From Podarcis liolepis (taxonomy: Eukaryota), in the NCBI GenBank assembly GCA_965112155.1, contig OZ218108.1: a DNA stretch of 64,000 bases; one strand, 5' to 3'. Below are positions 1-10,445 of this stretch, piece by piece. Below the pieces are notes generated by a model. That model had not been told where the DNA came from. It searched no databases and saw only the letters and a list, made by a program, of their open reading frames with translations. The position numbers and the translations under genes were made by a program. Every line of letters begins with the position of its first letter. Position 1 is the first letter of the stretch.

Positions 1-195
1 CCTTATCAACATGGTTGTGGTTTTTAATTTATTTACCTCTAGCGATAAACCACAAGTAAGATAATGGGTTTTTCCTGTTTTTTTGTTTTGTCACATTGCA
101 AATTTAATTAATTGATGCACTTTATTGTGTGCTTAGTGTAATAACTTATTATTAGTCTGTTGCAAATGCCCCTTCTTAAAATCAGGAGATGGCAA

Positions 196-486
196 GAGTC
201 CTGCTGGATCAGGCCAGTGGCCCTCCTTCTCCAGCATCCTGTTCTTACAGGGACTGACCAGATGCCTGGGAGAAGCTCAGAAGGAGGAGCTGAGCTCCAG
301 AGCCCTCTTCTCCTCTCCTGCAGTTTCCAGCAACTGGGGCTCAGAAGCACCTCTGCCTGCGACCGTGGAGGCAGAGCAGAGCCGCCATGGCTAGTGGACT
401 TTGATAGCCCTTCTTCCCCATGAATTTGTCTAATCCTCTCTTAATCTAAGTTGGTGGACATCATTGCTTTCTGAGGGATAAACTCC
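196..486 (-). mobile_element. CR1-type LINE 3' end fragment (degraded)
   Basis: cctgctggatcaggccagtggcc...ccagcatcctgttct...gaatttgtctaatcctct resembles a common squamate CR1 3' terminus; shorter related copies near 34625 and 59600; bounds approximate. Confidence 0.6.
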
Positions 487-878
487 GTTGAGTGACTTGT
501 AACATTTTAGGTAGCTGCTCATTGACATTTTTAATTTGCAATTCCTGTTCTTAACAGAAGCTTATAAATAACACACCATATATCACTTTATAGTATACAT
601 AACACTGGTATACATGTTTCATGCTCTCCTACCCTTACAACCCTACTATTTAGCTGCAATAATAGTAAAAGAGAGATTCCTAACATTTCGTGTTAATAAA
701 TGGGTTCGTTATGATATTTTAATATGCTTTCTGCATGTGATTCACGATATCATTTGGTCTTTATGAAATGCTCCTTTGCAAGTTTTGTGTTTAAAGCTCT
801 TTTTTCACCCCTCCTGCTCTTTCCTTTTTTTCTTTGCCCTTCTGTCCTTCTTATATTTTCCCCCTCCACACGTATCAG

Positions 879-3800
879 ACCAGGATCTTTAGTTAGCAAT
901 GGGAAAGTCAGGATCATTCCATTTGATTACGAAGTTGGCCAAGAACAGGAAGAGTGTGAAGAGAACTATGAGGAATTAGGCAAACAGTTAATAGAAGATT
1001 TTTTAGAAAAAAGTCACAGGACTAGAAGTTCACAGGGACGAAGGAGCCCGAGGCTCTCAAAAAGGGAGAACTTTGGCCATCCAGAAAGAGCAAGACACTC
1101 ACGGAAGGCTTGCCCAGAATCAGGACATCCCGATGTTCCTTGCTATCCAGAGGAATATGACACAATAGACAGGAGAAGAAAGAAGAAGCTGAGATATAAC
1201 AATTTTGAAGAATGCGAGCGAACTGTACTGCAAAGCAGTGGTAACCGGAGATTTTCATCAGGCAGCATTAAAGCAAGAACTGAACATAACCTATATCCTG
1301 ATTATGATGAAACTGAGAAATGGGGCAGCAGCCCCATTGAAAGTGAAGAGCAGTTACCGGAATATCCAGTTCTGCGTCCATACAAGAATGGCCTTCTAGT
1401 CAAGAGTGGCAAGTTGTCCGTTAACCAACGCGCAAAGCATGACTCAGGATCAGTCCATTTTGATGGTGAAAATGAGATCCATTCAGAACAGCCAGCTCAC
1501 TCTTTTGTGCCATTGGGTGCCCTTAAAGAGTTTGGCAGCTGTTCATCCAGCATACTCCTGTACTCCCCAGTTTCAGATGATGATGATGATGAAATGGAAG
1601 AAATAGCAATACTTTCCCAAGCATGGCGTGAATCCAGTGTGCGCCATGTTGGAGACCTTACTGACGCCCATACTGGAAGTGCCATATCCCTGTTACCAAG
1701 GGACAAAAACTCACATAGGATGAGAGGAGGAAAGCACGGCTTTCTTAAGCAAGACTTGACCCTCTCTCCTGTTGAAGAGCCAACGGAAGAATACGTGGAC
1801 ACAATGGATGAACTGCAGTGCTTAGTTGAAACTGTGTCTGAATACTTAGCTGAAAAAGAGGAGGAGATTAGCAAATTTGAAACCCTTCCTGCGAGCAAAA
1901 ACGCAAGCGATGGTCCCAAACTGGCCGGTGCTGATAAGCTGGTGGAGGAAAGTGCCTCTTTGGAACAGGCAAAGCCAGCCGCTTCTGCCGCAGAGGAGAG
2001 CGAGGGCAGCAAAGGCATAACAGAGGCACTGCCAGACTTGTCTGGGGTGAAGAACACGGTCAGCTCCTTATTTAGTTCTTTCACCGAAAAAGTGGGCTCA
2101 GGAACAAAGCACTTAACAGCCTCAGTTGAAAAACTTGTATCTCCCACACCAGAGAAACCTGAAGCCCCTGGTCAACCCGAGGGAGGCATCACAAGTCTGT
2201 TTTCAAGTAAGCCTAAGTCTGAGGGTGCCTCTCCAGAACTGAAAGCAGAAAGCAAATCGGATGCCAGGTTGCCCACGGCAACTTCCCCTTCTGTGACCCA
2301 GAGTAGCCGTGAGCGAGAAGCCGGTGATGCCAAGGCCAGCATCCCAGAAAAGACGGCGGGAGACAACAAGGCTCCTCCAAGTGTCCAGGATGCTTCAGCA
2401 AACGCTGCTCCGCCCCCTTCTCTGGACCCCAGCTCAGTCGTGAACTCCGTCTTAGGCATCTTCAACCCTTTGAAAATCTTCTCCGAAAAGGAAGCACCGA
2501 AAAAAGAGACTGCAAAACAGGAGGAGGCTGTGAAGGTGGAAGCCACGCATGCCAGTGCTTCTGAAGCCAAGGCAGGTGGGAAGGAAGCTGAAGGCAACGC
2601 GACAAAACCCACCAACGTTGCGCCTCCCGAAATGAGCAAGAGCGAGGCAGAAGCGAGCGCAAGCAGCGGCCCCGTCTCCTCCATCTTTGGCAAGCTGTCG
2701 AGCTCCGTTAGTTCTTTTAGCTTGAAAGCCAGTTTTGAGAGTCTGGCTGTTCCCAAGCAGCCAAGTGGGCCGCAGAAGGCTTTTGATGCGCTGCCGCAGG
2801 CCACAAGTCAGCCAGATAAAGTTGTTAAAGAACACCCAGACATGCCAAGAAATCCACAACCTGCAGGGAAAGTGCCAGAAAACAAGCCAAGTGAAGCCAA
2901 GAAGGAGACTGGTACCGCTCCGCCGTTGGAGCAGGGGGAACCATCTGAGAGCTTTTTCAGCCCACTTAAGAAATCCTTCAGCCAGTTGCTGCTCCCTTCT
3001 TCTGCTACCGAAACTGTGCCAAAGGAGCCACCACCGGGCTTGGGGAAAAGTCACCGTTCTGAAGATGATGTCAGGAAAACAAGCTCCGCAAGCAGCGAAC
3101 CCAACTTCCCTTTCACCGGTAAGCTCCAGATTCCCTTTTTGAGCGGTTTTGGCTTTTCAGACAAACCACCGCAGGACAACAAAGAGAAGCCAGGAATTTT
3201 CACTTCATTCTTGAAAGCTGCTTCTGTGGAAAACCTGACAGCTTCAAAAGATCAAACTGCCCCACCAAGTTTTAGTGGAAAGCCACCAAATGCTGAAGAG
3301 GGTCACAAAAGCAGCAACGTGGAAGCTGCCAAAATGGACTCGTCAAAGTCTCAGGCAGTTCCCGAGGCACCGCAGAGAAAAGAGGAGCCGACGAGGAAGA
3401 AAGAAACCGGTAAAGAAGATGGTCTGGGTGCACCAAAACATGGAGATAAAGACCAGGGTGCCTCAGACACTTCAAAAATTGCCCACATGGATCATGATCC
3501 CAAACGCATGGGTGCTCTGGACCACAAGGATTCCAAATGCAGGGGGGAGCTGGCAGCCCCCACAAAAGAACCTGACTTAAATACCACAGCAGGACAGCCA
3601 GTGGTTCCTGGTGGAATCAGAGAGGACCAGGTAATGGATGATACTCCGAAGAAGGCCCCACAGCCAGGGCAGGGGTTGCTCTCGGGCCTCTTCCGGCGGG
3701 CGTCTTCAGACCACATAACCCACACGGAAGAGTCAAATGCTAAAAATGAAACGGACAGCCAGAAGAGCAGATCAGCCGGCTTACTTTCTGGATTATTTAG

Positions 3801-6800
3801 GTTTGCTTCAAGTGAAAACCTGACCGAAAGTATGCCAGATAAGGCAAAATCAGGCTCTCTGGGCATAATGAAGTTTTTTGAGAGGAGCGAAGAGACTAGT
3901 TCTGGTGACAAGTCCATTGGCTCACATGTGACTCCTGGTCCCCAAGAAAGCACTGGGGGGAAACCGGAGACGGGCAGCTTCATAAAGAACTTCATGCAGA
4001 GGCCAAAAGAAAAAGCGGAGGAGGCAGTGACTGAGACTGCGAAGGCGAATGGTCATTTTCCTCACCCAGAACTGAGCAAAAGGGACAACGGACATGGTCC
4101 CGTCCCTTGGAACCCCCCCTCTCAGAATGCTTTAAGCTCACAGTCAAAGATACAAGACTTATCGGGGCAGCCAACTCTTTATAGACAACCTACGGATTCC
4201 AATATTTATCAAGCAGTTCTCAACGAAAGGTCAAATGAATTTCTCAATTCCTCTTTGCTGAATGCTAAATTGTATGGCCACTCAGAGCAGCATCTTGCTC
4301 TTGAGGAAACAAGGAGCCACTCTAGCTTTGACTGGGAATATGATGCAGGAGCATTTTCTCTCAGTGCCCACCAGGTTTCCTTGCCCGTTTACTACGTCTT
4401 GCAGCAGAATTCTGTCCCATTGGCTGAGTTTCTGGAATGGCCAGACTCTAGTGATGCCGTAGTGAACTTGTGTAAAAAAGATGGCAATGCCAATGTCGTG
4501 GATTGGAGGTCAAATGCCAGTTTTGATGCCCTGAGCATGGATTTCAGTGTCATGTCACACGAATCGTTTGATCAGTTAGACTTACAAGATTTAGGTCTAG
4601 AAGAAACGGAAATGTGGGCAACGCATTCTCTGAATGGAAACCTTCCTCCATTTGATGACTGCAGCTATATTTTGGAAGAGATGCCCATGGACTTGAGCTA
4701 TTCGTCGGCATGTGATGGCAATATGTGGACCTTAATTGATCAGGAGTCCTTGAGCTTGGAGGGCAGTTTTGTCTATTCATCTTATAGCCATGAGTACCAG
4801 GACTGGCTGGTGCTGCTTGAGAAGGGCGTGTGGTGGCCGTCGGAAGATGGCGATTGTGGATATTACATGTACAGGGATGGTCAGTTTGTTTATTCCCTGC
4901 TCACCGACCCCACTGGGCAGTATGTCTACATTTGCACTCCTGACACTTACACCTACCCAGACTACTGGGATTATAATTATCCGCAGAGCATTTTGCAGAG
5001 CACTGTCTTGGAAGATGACATGATTGCCGTTTGCGGTTTCAAAGTGCCTCTTGGTAATGAAGACGAGTTATTCTGGTTTGCTGAAGAGGAGCAATTGGAT
5101 AATTACTCTGTAAACAAACCACTTGATTTGTCTGTAGCTCTGCAGAGAAGTGATCAACTTATGAACATGAATTTAGAGACCTTTTCGCAGATGTTTGAGG
5201 AGTCCATTTATTACCAGAGAGAGCAGCCTTTAGACTTTTCAGGATACAAACTTCAAAAACTCAAAGTAGACTTTAGGCCTGAGAATGACATGGAGTGGCA
5301 CTCAGAAGAGCCTCCCCTGACCCTTGACCTTAGAGTTCACTCCAGGGTGGCTTCCAGTGGGAGGCTAAAAGATGATGCTCTACCCAAACATCCGGACAGG
5401 ACCCCTGCTGTGACAGTTTCCGAAAGTGGACAGTCAAGACGGTTTGGTTTCCATATATTCCAGTCTTCTGCTAAGCCTGAGCCTTCATCGGCATCTCAGA
5501 CTGTCACAGAAGTCAAAACCACTGAAGAAGATAAAAAGCCACCTCTGAATAAAGTCGCATCTTTATTCTCTGCTTTGGGTGGCCTGATGGGTAAGGGTAT
5601 GGAAGCGCATGAGACAGTGGAAGACACGGCTGTGAAGAAAGGAGAACCGGTGGTGTTGGGACACAAAAACGATGCTCTTCCAGCTTCGCCACCCAGGAAA
5701 ACAGGAGAGGATATGCAAAACCAGCAGCACACTGAGCGTGAACAAGAGAGAAAAGAGAGAGGCAGATTAGTTAAGTCTGTTAGGGATGAAAAGCCAGTGA
5801 TTTCTCAGAAAAAGCCTCAGCTGGTGAGGTCTTCCTCTCAGCTAAGCCAGGGTCCCTTGGACAGCAAGACCAGTCAGCTGGATAAGAGTGTTAAGCCTGC
5901 TCCCCTCCCAAGTCAACAAAAACCCAAAGTGGGCGAGGATGAACCCAAGAAAACCCAGCCAGCCCCCAGCCAAGCGCCCACGGAGGCCGAGGGCACATTG
6001 TTTAAAAGTGCTCTCAAGATTCTCAGCCTGGGAGAAGACTCCTCCACACCTGCAGCCGCCAATAAAAGTCAAGGCCCCGGGTTCTTTGATTTCTTTAAAA
6101 CGCAGGTCAACAAAGCCCCACAGCCACCACCAGCACCCCAACCAAATCTGACGAAAAATGAAGCCGAGAAGAAAATGCCTCAGGAGAAAGTGGAGCCCCC
6201 AGGCATTTCATCATTCTTTGGTTCCATAGGGGATCTTTTCAAAGTTGATGCAGCCCCTGCCCCACCAAGTGCCGCTGCTCCACCAAAGAGTGGAACCCAC
6301 ACCTCCCTGAAACCGAATGACAACGCGGAGCAGCGGAGCAGAGAGCCAAGTAAGAGCAGCACTCCTGCCCCTCGAATCCCCGTGGAGCAGGCTCGTGGGG
6401 AAGCTGCCCAGAAGCCCACAGTCCCTAAGGAAGAACAGCATGGGAAAGTAGGCAAGGAAGCTGCTCCAGTGAAGAAGGAGGACATCCCCACCGCAGAGAA
6501 TGCGGAACCCAAGCCTCCCATGCAGGCAGGCCCTCGAATGGACCAAGCAAATCGCTCTCCAGGGCAGCATGGCCACGGACCAGCTGTTGCAGCGGGACCG
6601 CAAGGCCATGCAGGAGCCATGCCTGGTAAAACTCAGCCAGGAAAAGCCAGCCAGCCAGCCAGGGATTCTGGGTTTAGCCTCCCTTTTGGCTTGTCGCAGG
6701 CAGCACCTTCGAAGCCTCCGCAGGGACCGCAGCCGGCTGGCAAGAGCATCTTCTCCTCCTTCTTCGGTGCCCCAGAGAAAGCCCCTGCCCCAGCTCCAGC

Positions 6801-9695
6801 AGCTCCTAATGCCAAGCCCCCGGAAGCAGAGGGTCTGTTCAAGATGCCTTCTTTCTTTTCCGGAGGGCCCACCGCAAAGAAGAACGTGCCTCAGAGCAGC
6901 TCCAGCTTCAGCTTTTTCAACCTGCCCTCCTTCCTGGATGACAAGCCACCGGCAGCTGCTCCTGACAAGGGGAATATTGCAAAGCCACCTCAGCAGCAGG
7001 CAAGCAACCTGGGAAGGCCGCCTCAGCAGCAAGCAGGCGCAAAGCCATCTATGAAGCAGTGTGTTTCTGTTGACTCTGGCATTGGACTTGCCAGACAGCA
7101 GGGCTTGAAGGATAAAGAGGCAGCGGCTGGTGTTATAGAAGCAGTACTTGGAAAGCAAGAGGCTATTGGCCCGGAGCACAAGGCAAGTGAGCTAAAAACT
7201 CCTGCGGCTGAGCATGCTGCGGCAAGTGCTTCAGAAGCGAAAAATGAGGTAGAGATACCTTTTGTGGCCAGTAAACCTCCTGATGATGGTACAGATAGGG
7301 AAGACCACTCAGTCTGTCCTGATCCTGGCTCTCAGGTCCCTACGCTGCAGGAAGACGTTCCACCTTCCCTTCCGGAGATTCCACAACCAGAGGAGCAGCT
7401 GCAAGACAAGGCAGAAAAGAGTGATGGTATTGTGGTGTCCTCTGAGAAGGAATTTGTTCCTTCAGGTGGGAACGAGACTTCTGAAAAGGCAGAGCCCGGT
7501 CCAGTTTGTGATGAGACTCCTGTGGCTCTTGAGCCATCTCCTGCTCCTGGAGACCTTTCACAGGAGGTTGTACCTGAAGAAAAACCAAGCCTCCCTGAAG
7601 TCAAGCCCCCAGAACCCAAGCAACCTGATAGGACCCCAAATACTGCGGGAGAGCAGCAGGCTCAGGGCCAAAGGCCTCTCCCTCAAATGGCAGCAGCAGC
7701 ACCTCACCTGCAGGAGAAACCTAAAGAGCCTGAGGCTGACAAATCAGTTCTAGATTCCTCAGTTGAAATGTTTTCCAGCTTCATGACGAAGATGAAACCA
7801 ACCAAAACATTATCTGGCTTCTTTTCCCAGCCTCAGACTCCAGCAGCTCCTAGTGCCCAAAAGAAGAGCACTTCGTTTTTCGGCCTTTCCTCCCTGCCCA
7901 CTGGGCCTCCTCCAGCATTTACAAGTGATCTCTTTGGCATTTTTAAAGGAGCAACAGACGAGACCCTTTCAAAGCCTGCAGGGAAGACCGCAGGCACTTC
8001 AAAACCCCAGGAAATGAGCTCCAGGGCAAAGGAGGCTGTGGGCCCAGTTCCTGGTAAAGGTCTCGCAAAACAAGATAAAGCCTCTAGGGATGAACTTTTA
8101 GGGACAAATGCCGGCAGCATTTTGAAACAACCGGACCAAACCTCTAGGGCTGAACCTACAGAGAAAGAAGCTAGCAGTGACTTGAAACAAGACGCCCCTT
8201 CTGCTTTAGCAGATGAGAGTTTGGGAAAAGAATGTACAGCAGAATTGGAAGCTGAAAACAGTGGAAGACCTGAACATGGTCTGGAACCCTCCCTTAATGC
8301 TTCAGAAACTTTAGACTCAAGTAGGGATCAGGGCCCTGAAGTGGTACAGCTGGACACAAACTTACTGGCATCTGATGAAGCAGGGAAGACTGCCCCGTGT
8401 AGTCAAGAGGTACATGATGCAGTTGAGACGGTGCTGCTGCAGGAGAAGAGTGAAGTGCCTGTGGAGCCCTTAGAAAATGATGCTGTCCCTGCTGTTGAAG
8501 AGCAACTGAGCCCGGCAGGAGAAACAGACGTTGGCCAAATGGATTTGGACGGTACATGTGAGCTGGAACCCAAGGTTGGTGAGGAAGATGAACACCTGAA
8601 ACTGTCAGAACTGACGGATACTTCACTAACCACTGAAGAAGTAACTACAAAGAATGAGGCAGATGTAGATATTTGCCCACCAGACACGTTTGGGACCCTG
8701 GAGATGGAACCCAAAGCTGCTGCAGATGAGGCCCGTGACTTGCCCCATCAGGATATGGAAAAGGTCCCTGAAATAAAACCTGATCTTCCTCCTGAGCAGA
8801 AAGAGCCTCTAACCGTCAGCGAAGCAGCTCCAGAAGCTGCTCCCTTGAAAAGCAGTTTGGCTGGTAAGAGCAAGCCAGCCAGTGCTCCTGCAGAGGCCAG
8901 CAGCACCAAGCCCATGTTTGAAATTCCAAGCATGCCCACTTTGCCCAAATTTGGCTTCATGTCTTCTGCAGACAGCAGCAAGCCATTTGGCTCCTTCTTC
9001 TCTGCACAGCCGCCTTCAGCAAGCAAGCCTGCGCCTGAGCCAGGCCTCGTGTCCAGCTTCAACAAGTTTTCCTCAAGTCTCTTTGGTGGAGGAAGTGATG
9101 AGAAAGCAGGTAAAGTAGAGGCCACTTCGGGTGCTGTGTTTGGAAAGAAGCTGGACTTCTCATTTCCGTGGCAGAAAGATGCCAAGGAGGCGGTTCTCAA
9201 GAAGGAACCAGATGTGCCAACACCAAAAGCTTCCTCCAAACAGGAGGTGGCCCCAATTGCTTCATCCAAACTGGATTTGAAGGCACCAGAAGCTGTCTCG
9301 AAAGCCGAGGAACAAGCAGTGGATGTGACCGGTGCTGATGGGAGCCCAGACCTCTCTGCCTCTGACCAGCCAGCTGACAGTGCTGCTGATTCAGACCTTT
9401 CTTCTAAGCAGCCCGACAGCAAGAGCAACGAATGCTCTGATGGCCCCACGCCTGACATTCCGGTTGTGCCCAACAAGGAGCTGGAGCTTGAGGTCTCCAG
9501 AGAAACGGAAGATGAGCCAAGCACCATTTCCAGTGAGCCTCCTGGGCTCCCTTTGGAGGAACCAGCAGAAGGCGCCACACAGGTTCAGGATGAAGTAGAG
9601 CAGAAGGAAAGTGTCCCTTGTCCAGAAACGGAAACACTTGCTACTGGACTGCAGCCAGCGGAGCAGAGTAGCCCTGAGCCACTCAGGAAGAAAAG
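879..9695 (+). CDS. UNC13B: Giant alternative coding exon (~2939 codons; reads through to TGA at 9715-9717 if the GC donor is not used)
   Basis: Uninterrupted 2997-codon ORF. ~80-nt AG-free pyrimidine tract (797-876) ending in CAG at 876-878 gives a phase-2 acceptor (AG|A CCA GGA = R-P-G), the same phase as the exon at 11778. Candidate phase-2 donor AAG|GCCAGT at 9695/9696 makes the exon 8817 nt (3n). Coding status is strong; the 3' boundary is uncertain. Confidence 0.8.
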
Positions 9696-10211
9696 GCCAG
9701 TAGCCAAAACAGCATGATAAATGGTGCCAACTTGTGAGCCATTTATAATGCAAGTGCCGTAACGGTAGATGCCTGACCTCTTAGATCAGACTCCTCTAGG
9801 CTGTGTTTGGCATTAGTAGTACCCAGTGGTAGGTAGAGTTGTGAACGCTAGTTGCTAGACTGCCCACCCAGAGCCTCTCCTGCCCTTCTCCTTCTCAACT
9901 TCTGGTTTCCTTTGTTCCAAAAGGCTGCAATGACTCTTCCCCTTTTTCTCTCCGTTTGTGCTGTGTCCTTGTGAGTGAGCTGCTTTGAGTATTAGTTTCA
10001 TTAACCTTCCGTAGCCTAATTGTGTGTGAGAGAAAATGACTTGTACCTCTAGATGACATGGTGGGAGGAAGGAAATCGGGGGCTCTCTTGGTTTGCAGAA
10101 AGCTTAGTTAGACAACATACAAGGCATTCACATTTTAAGATGGGAGAGAGACCCAGATGGCAGCAAAAGCTGTTTCAGTGGTTGCGGTTCAGTCACCTGC
10201 AGCATAACTTT

Positions 10212-10445
10212 TCTACACCCAGAAGGGGATTCCGATGAAACAGCAGATAAAAGCTTTCTGACAGTAGCAGCTGTTGAACAGACTCCCTGGGGAGTTGGTG
10301 GACTCTCCTTTCTTGGAGGTTTCTAAGCAGAGGTTGCCTGGCCATCTGTCATGGATTCTTGAGCTGTGATTCCTGCATTTAGGGGGTTGGGCTGGATGAC
10401 CCCTGGGGGTCCCTTCCAACTCTGCCTTGCTAAGATTCTGTGATT
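10212..10445 (+). mobile_element. CR1 LINE 3' end
   Basis: gtggactctcctttcttggaggtt...gattcctgca...gtcccttccaactct...attctgtgatt: CR1 terminal stem and ATTCTRTG-type tail; related to copies at 29250, 50380 and 53000. Confidence 0.8.

Noticed and set aside
724-878. ATG at 724 as the start of a standalone 2997-aa gene, with a hydrophobic signal-peptide-like N-terminus
   Set aside because: The F/L/P/S-rich residues are the translated polypyrimidine tract; a phase-compatible acceptor at 878 explains it better, and there is no promoter-like context
3112-9116. Strong-looking GT donors inside the giant exon (CCG|gtaagc ~3118, TGG|gtaagg ~5590, CTG|gtaaga ~8863, CAG|gtaaag ~9110)
   Set aside because: All are phase 1, arising from Gly-Lys codons, and would frameshift against the phase-2 downstream exon
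1022-9753. Many antisense and alternate-frame ORFs over the giant exon (up to 322 aa)
   Set aside because: Expected shadows of a long GC-rich coding sequence; no independent coding features
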